A stretch of DNA of 63,915 bases, the filler included, from Lenisia limosa (taxonomy: Eukaryota; Protista; Breviatea): the NCBI GenBank assembly GCA_001655205.1. It is 14 parts of 14 records of this genome, joined end to end, with 100 filler letters (N's around TTAATTAATTAA, not from the genome) between each part and the next. Parts side by side here need not be neighbours in the genome. Positions count along the whole stretch, not along the records: positions 7,753 to 15,506 come from LPNZ01004290.1; positions 15,607 to 20,784 come from LPNZ01005401.1; positions 20,885 to 22,469 come from LPNZ01005457.1; positions 22,570 to 26,915 come from LPNZ01007167.1; 10 more parts are not named here. One strand, 5' to 3'. Below, one piece after another: positions 11,201 to 24,844 of the stretch; within the stretch, counting starts at the first letter, position 1; each line of letters starts with the position of its first letter. The notes beneath the pieces were generated by a model. It was not told the DNA's origin. It made no database searches and saw only the letters and a list, made by a program, of their open reading frames with translations. Position numbers and translations under genes: made by a program.

Positions 11201-14200
11201 TGTCAAAGACAGGGTGGAATGGTCATAGGTTTTCTCGTGTTCCTAAGCTGAACTGTGTAATTATTGTATTATTGTCAGATTGTCAGTATTGCAACAGTAT
11301 TATGATTGTATTATGAATGTCATTGTGTGCACAGCTGTGAGGGGGGGGGGGGNNNNNNNNNNNNNNNNNNNNNNNNNNNNNNNNNNNNNNNNNNNNNNNN
11401 NNNNNNNNNNNNNNNNNNNNNNNNNNNNNNNNNNNNNNNNNNNNNNNNNNNNNNNNNNNNNNNNNNNNNNTCTTCAATTGTCATCATTTTGCCATTTTTG
11501 CCAAATAATATTCGGTTCTAATCTTCTCATTCTCCTGTTAAGCATTGAATATTTTAGAAAGAGTATATTATATTAATATCAACAGGGTAGAGTCCAAAAC
11601 CATCGTCTGCAACGCACACACGCCCTTTGTTTTTCACTCTGTGTGGCGCTTATTGACATTAAAGACGTAATTTGTTTAAATCCATAGAAGTTGGCGATGT
11701 TATAATGCAATAAGCATGCCGCCACCTCGACAGACCTCAAGAAGAGGGGCTCCCAAACTGCCTCCGCCCTCGCGCACCTCCTTTAATGGTTTGATTTGAC
11801 AAATAATGCTCATAATCACGGATTATTTTGATATTCGACTTTACCCCCTCCGGTTTCTTGCAAATATTTGATCTTGTTTTGAGACTCTTTCTAACCTATT
11901 TCTTCTGTCTTCCTGGGCATATTTCTTGATTTACGCCATTTGAGGAAATATTTCGACCTTTTAATACGGAAAATCACAGAAAAAGAATAATACCCTATCG
12001 TTGATACAGCTGGCTGTCTTAATTTACTGACTTAGGACAGAGAAAGAGGGGCTCTCAATTTTCCTTTCGGTTTCTTTTTACAAGCATGGATTGGTGTGAT
12101 GAGCAATAAAAATAAAGGGGTTGCAGGAAAATGATGTTCAGCAATTGGACTCTTCACAAAATACGAGCAACTTCTTGCTCTGCCTCCGGTGCTGACTAAA
12201 GCAACCAACTGAATACCTCTGTGGTTTCCCATATTCCCCCTAAACTTGCAGGAGGGTCACCTACGCCGCCGAAAGGAGCAGCTCCTAGTCAAGGCAAAAG
12301 ACGGCCTGTTGCCCGCACTCTTAAGCTGGGCTCCCTGGTGAGTGAAGTCTCGAATGATCAATAATTGTTTTCAAAACAAAGCTCTTTGATGGCTCTTTAC
12401 TTATCAGGATATTTCCTACCTCAACCAAGATCGGCCCAAAGAAGCCATCCCTATTTCGGAGGTGGGCTGTTTTGAGCGAAGTAATAAAAAAAGAATAATC
12501 GTCTGATTTGACCGATAGTGTCACTTTTTTCGTTTTCATTATTTTGTTAAAATATACATGTACATATCATACAGTATATCATATGATATACTACATGNNN
12601 NNNNNNNNNNNNNNNNNNNNNNNNNNNNNNNNNNNNNNNNNNNNNNNNNNNNNNNNNNAAGCACCTGTGGACATTAGAAAACATACCCAACTCTTATCAT
12701 TCTCATCCTTGTAGTCCACCATCCCTAGAGAGTACCATGTAATCGAACAGCTCCCCTTACCCCCCAAGAACCCCACCAAGGACGTGTCATATAATGGTCT
12801 GTTACATTGCGTCTTCAGCTCATTTGCTATGTGATGAGATTTGTTAGCCTTTTGAACTCAAAATATAATGGAACGGTCTCCTCGAAAATTGTGAATATAC
12901 AAATTTTACTTGGGCAAAGAAGAGGGCGACATCATTTTCACAATCAAATTAATCCTCTTGATTTCTTCTCAATCTCTTCTTTATGCATATCATATGATAT
13001 GATATGTTCTAATATTCTTAATCCTTTCTTATTTCCAATCCTACGCAGCTGAAGAAGGCATGTGGTACCGGACAATCTTCCCTTCAATAGCACCTGCAGG
13101 CCGACAAGACGCGCTTCTTGTCGATGTGGGCTTGATGGCACAATAGTATTGACTTTTGAATTATTGATAAGATGAGCTTGACTCATTTATTTTGCTTTTT
13201 TCTTCTTGTGACTACTGTCTAGGCGTGGATGGACGATCGAATCAGAGAAGTAGAAGAAACCTGTGGACCTAATGGTGAGGGTTTAAACTCTCATATGTAC
13301 TGGGAGAAGTGAGGGATTGGGATATAGAAACAGCTACTTTTGGTCACCATTTTTGAAATAGGTGTTTCAATTGAAGTATCCACAATAAAGCGGAATATCA
13401 TCGTCCTCAATTTGACTGTTTAGGGCTTGGGGCCTCAGGGGTGCGAGAGGTTCAAGGTATCCTATCTATGGCCTTCCATGAACTTGTCCGAGAAGTGGGG
13501 GGGCTTGATACTTTTCTTCTCTTTTGAGTGTTTCGGGAGTCGTAATGAGTTTTCCAGTTTCGGAGCTTATTTGGATATTCTTAACCTATCGTCATAGAAA
13601 CTTTGAAACTTTGTTCTTGATCAATAAATTCTCTCATCATTTTTTTCTCTTATTTTTATTTTCTCTTCAATCACAAATATCTCTAGTCCTGAAAGCTGTT
13701 GAATATTTCACATGTGAACGTCTCAGGTGGCCGGTCACTGTATGGAGAGGGGCGAAGTCCTCGCAAAAACCTGGCAAATGCACATGGAGTAGGCGGATAA
13801 CATGGATTTCATAAGATGGAGTAGGTGTTATCTGTTTTTGGATATCATGGGAGATCTCTAACCCATTTAGCCTCTTCCGAAGAGCTGTAGAACTTGTGCA
13901 CGATGACAAGAAAGATGGCATCAAGCGTACCCGGAACAGACATCATGACGCGCTGGCGGCAGGTGAGTGTTGCTCATCTGAAGTTATTTCACAAAAAATC
14001 AGGCAACAGAGTTTATTCTGGGTTGTTTATTTTGTTTCATAAATTTTCCAATTGTACCTACCACCCCTCACACTGACCTCTCTAGCCCATGAGGATCACG
14101 CAGCTAAGTGCCACGAGTTGCAAACCGTCTTCACTGAACAGATCACTGCACTACAACTCAAGAAGAAGGAGTTGGGGGGGGGGGTATCAAAATGTTCATC

Positions 14201-15060
14201 AATTCCCATACTTGCCATACTTGGTATCAAATGGAGGTTATTTAAGTTTAAATTTATTAAAATTCCATTTCACTCCTCCCCCCCAGACTCGCCGAAATGG
14301 TTGAGCTGCTGCACATCCAGCTCTGCCAGTCGGAACTTGAGGTGGACGTACTGGCCGGGCAGTTGGCTGACGCAGAGGAAGACCGCAAGAGGCTTATTGA
14401 GGACTTCTCCTCAAGACGTGAGAGGAACTTTTGTTATTCCCAAATGATAATAAGTACATACCACTCTTTGCAATCCTGTTCGAGATGATATAATAGAAAC
14501 CAAGCCCAAAAATGTCATCCACTTAAACCTCCCATATTGTAGACGACATGACAGTTGGCCGAACAACCCCCTCACCCATTCCGGCTGTCAGCGTGGGGGG
14601 TCTGCAACAAATAATACACAACTTAATCAACCATAAATGTGTGTGGTCTTTGATATATGGTGCGTCGACGTTTAAATGGTATATAATTGGCGTAAAAATA
14701 TCTGGGGAGGGTGATCACCCTGCTTATGAGCTGTCTGCACGCAATGTTGACGGATCTTATTACAAAAACAGTCTTTATTAAGTTTTTCTTCTAGATCTCA
14801 AACTACACTCAGACTGAGCGGAATGTCACAGATACAGCGTCGGGTGATAGTTGGAGGGGCAGTATCCGTTCACCTTACCTTATCTTTAAAAGAGTGTGTT
14901 TGATACCTATTGGTACGTTTTTTCTCCAAATCCCCCTCACCTTGCAGACAACGTCGATGAAGAACAGTACGTTGTTGAGACCGTAACTGTCCGGGTGCCC
15001 GAAACACCCAGTCGCAAGCACACCGATCTGCTCAGTGGTTGGAGTTTTACGATAATACGA
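8207..15060 (+). CDS. Large coiled-coil protein of unknown family, partial
   Basis: A series of GT-AG exons encode heptad-like helical sequence: AESKAEIESLKTSLQGLHHRFLVLQTQQ, IQSLNHQITEAKKATLEAR, DNELSQLQAAYLALESRN, LAALEEDLANLQTEHEEQLHAQKEF, LAEMVELLHIQLCQSELEVDVLAGQLADAEEDRKRLIEDF. It could be more than one gene. Confidence 0.55.
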
Positions 15061-16189
15061 CCCCCACTGGGATAATCAATACCCCTCANNNNNNNNNNNN
15101 NNNNNNNNNNNNNNNNNNNNNNNNNNNNNNNNNNNNNNNNNNNNNNNNNNNNNNNNNNNNNNNNNNNNNNNNNNNNNNNNNNNNTCAGAATCCAAAGCCA
15201 AACAATTAGCCAGATAAATTGTTTCCTGATTCTGTACATCTTGCAACATCAACTTGAGCATCAATGAATTACACTGTAGAACCAAAGAGTGATACGGACA
15301 ACAAGTCGCCCCAACAGTCTCCCAATGAAATTGTGAGAGGTTATTTCATTTCCTCAAGGCCACCATTTTCAAATTCCCTCTTCGCATCTCTCCCTGTTAT
15401 AGTACCATCGACCCAACGTCATCAACCCCACGTTAATAACGTTTTAGTGGGACACGAACCCCGATATTCCAGTCCTCGATGAAGTGTCCGGTGTTGACCT
15501 CTCTCANNNNNNNNNNNNNNNNNNNNNNNNNNNNNNNNNNNNNNNNNNNNTTAATTAATTAANNNNNNNNNNNNNNNNNNNNNNNNNNNNNNNNNNNNNN
15601 NNNNNNAGGGGGGGAGGTCACAATTACACATATTATATGATAATCATATGTATTCGCTTGAAATTCAGAAGTTGAAAGCTTCACTACGTAATACACTGAC
15701 CATGATAAGTCCCGACACGGATATTGAGCTTTATCTTGAGTAAATCGTGTTAGGACTTATCGCGGTCAGTGTACATGCACATATAAGCCCAATATCCAAA
15801 AAAGGAGTACTTCTAAAGTTGATGGATACTCCTTATTTTTCTCAATAATAGAAGTTCCATTTGGAGGAGCTTACTTATAAATATTAAGCCAAGTAGGAAG
15901 AGCGGAGAGAAGCTTGTTGTCCTCAGAACACACTTGGGAAATCTAAATTGATTAACGGATCACAACCATGAATTGAAGATTTGTCAAATGTTAATAATAA
16001 ATATCAAAAATTGATGATTTTTCATTTAATAATTAAGATCAAATGTACCAAATGAAACAGGCTTGCGAGTAAAGAAAGTGTTCAGCCAATAAAAGCCGAT
16101 GGAAAAATGCAAGGGATCAAGCAATATACAGCATCCAAACAAAAGACCTTTTTCATTGCCTCGGAAGTTCGCTCAAGAATGTCGGGGTT

Positions 16190-19100
16190 TAAGGCTGCTG
16201 AGTTGATCATTGGGATCACAGTGGATGTCAGATGGCTCGGATGTGCTCTCAGCCAGTATCGTAGACTTCCTGAAGAGGTTAGGGTAATATTCGATAAAAA
16301 AAAAACGCATCATTCGATAAAACTAATTTGATGTGTAATAGAGATTGAGACCATTTGAACATCTAATTTCTCAAGCTCAGACGGAAAGTACCAATGAGCT
16401 ACAGCTATAATTCACCTAAATAAGAAACAAAATCTTACCTAATAAGGAAACTGCAGCACAATTGAGGGAGGGGACGGGGGGTAAGGCAGTCAGTCCGTTC
16501 AAAATTCCGGGGATCGCAGGTTCCTCCTATTCCAATCAGAACGAAGGGGAAAGCCCAATATCTGTATGAACAGGCTATAAACTAGAGCCGAGTATAAAAC
16601 AAGCGTTGATTTATACTCCTTAGGTGAACACATACCCTTTCAAAAATCGACTCTGCAACAGCTGAAAGGGCAGTCAAGCCAGCCTCAATATTGGCACATC
16701 CATCATGCATCCACGGTTCAACAACCTGTTATTAGATAAGCAGACTAGATGGGCTTTTTGGTGCATACTGATTGTGGGGGATTTGCTGTTCCTTCGCCAA
16801 TCTTCATGCAGATCAACTACAGAGTTATTTTGAAAAAAAAAGTGGACTTCCCCCCCCCCCCNNNNNNNNNNNNNNNNNNNNNNNNNNNNNNNNNNNNNNN
16901 NNNNNNNNNNNNNNNNNNNNNNNNNNNACCACTTCTGAGCCAGCCACCATATATCCACACTCAATGACCTCACAAATACGTCGACGGTTCTCATTGTAGT
17001 CTTCAAACATATCTGGAAGGTAAACCAAATACTGCCAACTTCGAGATAACACGATAAAGTCTGAACTTTATGAAGTGCAACTCCCAATGGCCCTACGGTC
17101 CGAGAAAGACCGTTTAAATATCGATATTTATAGAGGATTTATCGACAAATTCAGTCTTTTTGGGACCGTAGGGAACCCCTTGTTATGGGTATGTATTCAG
17201 ATGCTTTCGCGCGTTTTGTTTATTACACATGATGAAACCGCATAAATGGAACAAAACACAAACCTTTTGGCCAAGTTGAAGCTTCTTTGGGGTACTTCAC
17301 TTGACTGAGCATAATTGGAATGAGCCTGTTTGCGTTAGTACTTTATGCTTATCACAAAAAAAACCCTACACATAAAAATACGCAATTGTGAACAATACAA
17401 GGACAATATATTATGAGTGTACAAAATTGTAGTTCATATGATCACAGGAGGATGGATAGATTTAGTGCATTTTAAACCTCCATACAATGTGCTACAAATC
17501 TGATACAGCTGACTGGCAAACCCACTGTCTATATACAGCCTTGACATAGTCGTTCTCTTCTCCGTTATGCTGCATCTTTTCAAAGAGCATGTATGTCTGT
17601 TCGCAGATCTAAATAGCCAGTCAAACAAACAAAATAAAAAGGTTGTGCTGAAGAAGTACCTTTGTGCCTCGGTAAAACAAGCCAGTATATAATACATGTA
17701 GTATAAATCGTAAACTTAATAGAATATTTATGCTCATAAAATAAAATGCTCTGAGGAAAATCCCTGACCAACGCTCTTATCCGGGTGGGCTGCAACTTCC
17801 ATAGCAAAGGACACGAGAGAGTCAACAATCTGCTGCTGCTCAGTTGGCAGTTTGTCATGCTCAATGACCAAGGCATTGATATAACCCTCGAGCACTGACG
17901 ACACCAATCGGCCTAAATAGGAGCAGACTTCCTGGCCTCTCATTCCAACTGTGCTGTCAGGAATTCCAAAAGACAAAGTCGATATCGTCATAACAAGGCC
18001 AATCGGAAATCTTGTTAACCGAGAATATCATTTGTAAAATGATAATTACGATCTTATTAACGATAAATGAAAAGCAGTCATACTATTACTCTATGCAAAG
18101 TGAAACTGCAGCAGTGATTCATCAAGACCCCCCCCCCCCCNNNNNNNNNNNNNNNNNNNNNNNNNNNNNNNNNNNNNNNNNNNNNNNNNNNNNNNNNNNN
18201 NNNNNNNNNNNNNNNNNNNNNNNNNNNNNNNNNNNNNNNNNNNNNNNNNNNNNNNNNNNNNNNNNNNNNNNNNNNNNNNNNNNNNNNNNNNNNNNNNNNN
18301 NNNNNNNNNNNNNNNNNNNNNNNNNNNNNNNNNNNNNNNNNNNNNNNNNNNNNNNNNNNNNNNNNNNNNNNNNNNNNNNNNNNNNNNNNNNNNCAATCAT
18401 GAATATTGGTATTAACAGTTTCTTGAGAGAGGAGAGGGGGTAACAAAACCTTCACCTTGTGTTTAGTTATGTGGTAGAAATTAGAAATAACGCATTGGCC
18501 CCAGCAGTCCATATCATTTGTAATAAAATAGAAAAGAAAAACAAAACAATGCAAAAAAGCAAACGCACTAAAGAGACCCACAGTAAGGTTGGCAGGTTTG
18601 CACATGATATCTGCCAGGATCTCAGCTATGAGGGTCAAGTTTCAAAAGAAAAAGTTGAACTGATACATGTGCAATTATTTTTTGAAATACTGATATCACA
18701 TCAAGATAGTACTTGATATACACTATTGAAAATGACACTGAATATAAATGAAGATGCTTTAGCATACCTGAAAGCCGGAACACCTCCTCTGAGGGGTAGT
18801 TCAAGAGGCACTTGGTGACAGTAGTGAGCAGTGGACTTTGGAACAGGTCGCTGCAAGGAGGTTATAAGTGACAGTAGGTGAGCCAAGGTTCTACGAATCT
18901 AAATCGAATATGATTGCGAGGAAAAACTTTGAGTTAAATGATTGATTGCTGTCCCCCTCCGCATCCCAATAAAGTACTATCCTATAACACTATTCCAGTT
19001 TATAAATTATTGATCAATCTGATGAGGCAAGCAGTACAAAAAAACCATATATCGATATCCTCCCACGTTAGTTTGAGAGAGTACTCAAACCAAGCTCTGA

Positions 19101-20784
19101 AGGCGCGTAGAGCAAGGCAGACCATTTCTTCACTTCTCTTGGATGGGTCAAAACACGTTAAGATAATGCCAATGTTACTGGATTTTCCCTTATTTTCCCC
19201 TGCTCCACATAACATTATTGTTAACCCATCAAAAATCAAATTTAATGAAAGGAGAATAGTTTTTTGGTTGTTAACCTCAAAAAAATTCAAATATACTTGG
19301 CCTCAACAAAAGGTGATTGTTTAACCAACTGAACTTATAAAAAGTTTACTTTTCCTTAGGCTGAGCAAAACTTTGTTGTTCACTATCTTTTGAGGCTAAG
19401 TAACCCTTCAATTCATACTATCAGAAGACGGGTACTATTTCGTACAAGGAGAATATAATATCTAATTATATATACAAGTAGGTTCAAACGTACATGTAAG
19501 TATGTAGTATACCATATGAAAGAGCGAAGTAAGAGTGACAGCACAACATACTGGATCCTGGGGCGTTGCAGCCATTTTGTTGATAACAAAGTCAACAGTC
19601 TCAAGAACCTTGGACCTTCTTTTGACTACCGCAAGATGGAGCTTATTCCTACATCACATGAGTTCGATTCTGATACTGTTTTCAGAAGAAAGAAATGTTG
19701 ATTTGGGGTGGGGTGATAGGGAGAGGTGTTTTGCGATAGGAAAGGGGTCGGGATGAGGTGGTATTTGAATGAGAAAATAAAATGAATCTCTACGTTTCCC
19801 TCCAACCTCTGAGTCATTTCAAGGTCAGCTGACAGGATTTGTTCGGGAAGAACCGTGAGGATCTCAATGAGACTACTGGGGTCTGGTCCATCACACTGAG
19901 CGGTCAGCTGTTAAAAGAGAAAAATGAAGAAAATTTATTTTGGTAAGCTCATATTTTTTATACAAAGAAAAAAATTATTTCTATGTCTGTTGTTTAGTGC
20001 TATTATTATACAATAAACTTTCATTAACCAAATTAATCAGAAAACAAACGGCCACTGAAGGATTAAAAGTGATAGAATGCGTCAAATAGAAATGGTCCCT
20101 GCTTAATACAAACAATTTAGAAAGGGAAACCACTATTAGAAGAATTATCTCACCCCGATAAAGAATTCCTATTACCATCTTGGTGATATCCACAATGGGG
20201 TCTTCCCATCTGTCAGGGCAATCGTGAAGAATAATTTCAACAAGGCATATGATGGCACGAGTGCGAAAGATGCCATGCACGCTCTGATAAAAAGTGAGTG
20301 GAAAATGTCATTATATTCAGTGAGTTACATAAGTAAAGGCAAAAAGTTTTTCCTTGTAACTCGACACAAAATAAATGGATTTTATTTTTTGACTCAAAAA
20401 ACGATGGCCTGGATATTCAGGAGCCAACATTCATAATGAGAGTTTCTACACCCTTGCGGAGGACAGCTCTCGTGTCGGTATCAAGTGACATCCTGAAGAA
20501 TCAGGTGAATGCGAAAAAAGAAAAAAGACCAATCCGAGTCTCTTATTAACAAAGAAAAAAACGGATGGATTTAAAACTCAATAAGGTTCAATAATACATA
20601 CTATATGATATTTGATATACTGAGTTGGTTGAAGCATTCAAAGGCAGGGGGGACCGATAAATACGCCTTCCAATACAAATTCAAGAAATCCGAGTCAATC
20701 AGCTTCAGAGGGTCCTCTTACCATTCTTTTTTTATTTTTGATGACATCATTTGAGCGCCAAACGCCCTGACTTGCTCAACCTGC
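16190..20784 (-). CDS. Importin-beta family karyopherin, transportin-3 (Mtr10/MOS14)/importin-13-like, N-terminal part
   Basis: Minus-strand exons: QVEQVRAFGAQMMSSK (IBN_N-like), LVEIILHDCPDRWEDPIVDITK, SLIEILTVLPEQIL (matches the LE(I/L)LTVLPEE hallmark), CLALRAFRAWFEY, FAMEVAAHPDKSV, DMFEDYNENRRRICEVIECGY. Confidence 0.7.
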
Positions 20785-20919
20785 NNNNNNNNNNNNNNNN
20801 NNNNNNNNNNNNNNNNNNNNNNNNNNNNTTAATTAATTAANNNNNNNNNNNNNNNNNNNNNNNNNNNNNNNNNNNNNNNNNNNNCCCCCCCCCCCCCCTC
20901 TCATTTATAACCTCACCTT

Positions 20920-22010
20920 GCCAGACTATCATAGGCATAAGCGGCATCAGCAACAGCTAGACTGTCGGCGTACTTGACATCCATGGTCTTCTCTGTTGAC
21001 CTCAAACTGCCGAACGATGTGCTGTCCTCGCCTATTCCGAGTTAATGAACGGGGTAAATGTTAGAACCACAGCAGTCAAAATACGGATTATGCTTTATAA
21101 ATATTTCAATACTCCCCCCACGGCTAGGACCAGCGGGAGCAGCAGGAGCGAATGGGAAGCTGTACGAAGACGTATAGGCTGGAGGGGCCCTCTGAGAATA
21201 ATGAGATTTAAGAAATTGGAAAACAATACAAGTTTCTATTTGGTGGTGCTTGCATTATATATATATGTACTACATGTATTTACAACTCTGGGCACACAGC
21301 TTTCCACGTGTGCGCGGAGGCATGGTAATGTGTTAATAGTATCCCTATGTTTTAATTGTTTCCCAAGATCTCTAATGTACATGTATAATATTTCTCTTGT
21401 CAAAACAAGAAAAGCGTGCCTCCCCAGCAAACAGGATGGTTCGGACAAGGAGACAGTGTCTGATGTGGGGAGAACACTACGTGATTGACAGAGGGAGCCG
21501 GCGACGCGGTGTGTGCATCACTGGATTCTAAGGAGCCAAGGGACGAGGTATTGGCTCGGATAAGCGTGACAGGACTATCAATATTGGCGCGTTTTGTATC
21601 TGGACCATTTGTAGCACTCCGGTCCGAGTATACTGTACTCGCGGGGGAGAGAACCGCGTCTTCTCTTCCGAGGTTCTTGAAGTCTAACACCGGAATTACG
21701 GGCGGCTTGGATGGACTTGGGTTCTCAACTTCTTCCAGGCTTGAAGCGGAGGCCTGAGGGGATGATAAAAAAAAAGACAAGAAAATAAATTGTATTTTCG
21801 AGGGGCAGTGGTTAAGGTTATTCTTCAAACATCCAACTTTTTTTTTTTATTGTTCTCGTGATTTGTTTCTCAATTTTTTTTCCCAAAAAAATCGGAATTA
21901 TACCCACGGAATTGAGGCTGCACGAAGACGCAAGGCCCAGAGAAGACAGCCCCATTGAACTAGTATGACGGAGGGATGATGTCGAGGGTTTCCGAGCGCC
22001 CTGCGGGGAG
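20920..22010 (-). CDS. Ser/Pro-rich hypothetical protein fragment
   Basis: A long exon at ~21480-21755 (ASASSLEEVENPSPSKPPVIPVLDFKNLGREDAVLSPASTVYSD...) plus smaller exons with GT-AG ends. Confidence 0.45.
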
Positions 22011-22084
22011 GGAGGGTAAAAATAGCAGTATCTTAAATGGGAAATATGAGAAGGTCGTGCCATGAGAAATAAAATATAAGGTTA

Positions 22085-22215
22085 TATCTGGCTGAAGCCG
22101 TCAACACCATCACGTTTTCAGGGATATTGAAGTCCACACAAGTTTATAAAAGATATTGAATTATAGTATCTGGCCGAAGCCATCCACATCACGCTTATAA
22201 GAGATATTGAATTAT
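22085..22215. repeat. Dispersed/tandem repeat family C (TATCTGGCCGAAGCC..CCATCACG.TTATAAGAGATATTGAATTATAG)
   Basis: Two to three tandem units here; other copies lie at ~116, 281, 530, 42707 and 62866. Confidence 0.65.
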
Positions 22216-22569
22216 AGTTGTGCCATATAATACAAACATATATTGTTTCTCGTGCTTCACTTCGGTTCGAAAAAGACCTACAAAATATCGATAGTTTTCG
22301 AGTATTTATCGAGAAATTCAGTCTTTTTTGAACCGAAGTTAAGCCCTGATTTTAAATGCTTATATAATACGATATATATATGTGGGTCCTCAAAGCTCCG
22401 GACATCATCCAAAATTCCCGGACACATCAAAACTCCCGGACAGCTTGAAGTTAACACCTTGTATAGGCCNNNNNNNNNNNNNNNNNNNNNNNNNNNNNNN
22501 NNNNNNNNNNNNNTTAATTAATTAANNNNNNNNNNNNNNNNNNNNNNNNNNNNNNNNNNNNNNNNNNNN

Positions 22570-23435
22570 TAGTGATCTTAAAGACGGTTTTACAAAATCT
22601 TTTGGGAAAGTAGAGCATACAACACTGATAGGGGTGGATCGTATGCGGGTTCAATATTGATGACATGTTCTTGTGTTTGATAGCTTGTCTCACAAATCAT
22701 TTAGGACTGATGGTCAATGATAATCATTGGCAAAAAAACCGCAAGTGTCGAAGAACTCCAGATTGCAAAAGATTATGACGCTGAGCTTTGCTTTGGCGCA
22801 AAAGGATGGATGGTATGCCAATGCGGTTGCTCTTTATTACATTGTAGTGTGTTGATACATTCTATCATTGGGTTGTCAACATAGTAGTTCCTCATGTGCA
22901 AAAAACTCGAGACATTCATGGGCTTCCTTCTGATGCTATGGCTTTGTTGGATTTGGATCAACATTCATCCCGCTTAAATCCTGCTGCTCTGAATGTCTTA
23001 CTTGATAATAATATCGAAGCCACTGGGAAGGTTGTTGAAAATGGACAGTTGTTTTTTTTAATCCTGATGCTGTATTAAAAAGAGTTAATAATCAAAAGGC
23101 TCTGACGTCACCTTTGACTCCACCTAGAAGAAAATCAGTGGAATCTGTGGAACTAACCAGTCCTCGTACTTTGAAATTTTTGGAGCAATCAAAACATGNN
23201 NNNNNNNNNNNNNNNNNNNNNNNNNNNNNNNNNNNNNNNNNNNNNNNNNNNNNNNNNNNNNNNNNNNNNNNNNNAGCTGAAAAAGCTAAAGAAGACAGGA
23301 AGAAAAACCGACTGAATGATGCAGATGGAATTGAGGAAGGTGCTAAACGTGCTAATGCTATTGTAAACGATGTTGCTATTGGAAGAACTCGCGGCCGTGG
23401 GAGAGGTAGAGGTAGAGAGATACTGCTGCTGTGAT
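22570..23435 (+). pseudogene. Degenerate ORF, possibly the C-terminus of a pogo/Tc1-mariner DDE transposase
   Basis: Frames are broken by stops. ELTSPRTLKFLEQSKH...AEKAKEDRKK resembles the LTS-x-E-x-L motif and charged tail of pogo-like transposases; it ends in GRGRGRGR. No catalytic triad is visible. Confidence 0.3.
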
Positions 23436-24646
23436 TGTTGATGACAATTCTCCTGTAACTGCTCGCGGTCGAGGTCGTGGAGTTCGCGGAAAGAGAGGGG
23501 TGGGCACCCGTGCTCGTGGTCGCTAGTCTTGTTTCAATACATTTTATTTGAAGATTATCTTTAGGTGCCTTTCCAATCAACAAGTAATGAAATATCATTT
23601 TAATTTTCAGTTCAGCTTTAATNNNNNNNNNNATAAAGTGATTACATCCCCTTTTTCTTGAAGCCTGATTAGGGTAATTGTGTTTTTGAGTAAACATGGG
23701 GGATTTTTTCAAAAAAATAGTTGGCCAGTGTTCACACTCAGATAGCGCGCCTTATATAATGGAGGTCGGGGGTTTTGTGAAAAAGAAAGAGTATCACCTA
23801 TTGAAGGAAGAGAAATAGAAATAATTCACATTCTGTACAGAGAAAACTAAAGGAACTAGGAAATAACTAGTACAACAACAAAATTATTTGTAAGTTCGGA
23901 CAAATCATCGATAAATACTGATGAAAACAAGCCCCCACTCGTGCTGTTCCCAAAACGTTCGGCAGTGACACTCAATAAGAAATTACTTGGATATCCCCCA
24001 CTCTTCCTCGAAATTACTTAGAACTCTCCCTCACCTTTTTGAACAAGATGGTTTCTTTGGCTCGGGTTTGTTTTTCGAATCCTAAAGCCGCAGCCACATT
24101 CTAAGGAGTTAGAGGGAGTAGACACGTTCTAATGGGCAATCTGAGAATCCATACAGAATCAACTTTTGGACTAAAAATTAGAATACCCACCCGAAACTTC
24201 AAGTATGTTAGCCAAATTTCAAGTATGTAGCCCAAACCTCAAACCCCCCCNNNNNNNNNNNNNNNNNNNNNNNNNNNNNNNNNNNNNNNNNNNNNNNNNN
24301 NNNNNNNNNNNNNNNNNNNNNNNNNNNNNNNNNNNNNNNNNNNNNNNNNNNNNNNNNCTCTTTCTATTATATCCGTGCGACCTATGCGGTGATGGAGGCC
24401 GTAGAAATGAATGTAGAAAGAATGTAGAAAGAATGTAGAAAGAATGCAGAAAAAATGCAGAAAAGAATGCATTGCTTCACTTCGGTCAATGAAAACACGG
24501 AAATCCCACATATGTAATTACTATTAATCTGAAACATTCGCAAAAAGAATTATTAAGCGTGGAATTGAAAATGAAGCACGGCTCATGCTGTATAAATGAA
24601 GAACGAAAACAACAAAGGCACTCAGCAACTGTGGATTGAAAGAAGA

Positions 24647-24716
24647 AGAAAGAAGAAGAAAGAAGAAAGAAGAAAGAAGAAAGAAGAAAGAAGAAAGAAG
24701 AAAGAAGAAAGAAGAC
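24647..24716. repeat. (GAAAGAA)n minisatellite; an (AGAAAGAATGT)n array lies at ~24404-24470
   Basis: Direct reading of the sequence. Confidence 0.9.
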
Positions 24717-24844
24717 CGGGGCAGAGGGGGTGAGCCAAATGTGGGCAATTTAGACTCAAAGAGGATCCAAGATTTATCACAAAGAAGGACACAGAAGAAG
24801 AATGAATAAGTTAAGTTACTCAGGAACACCACTACAGAGAGAGT

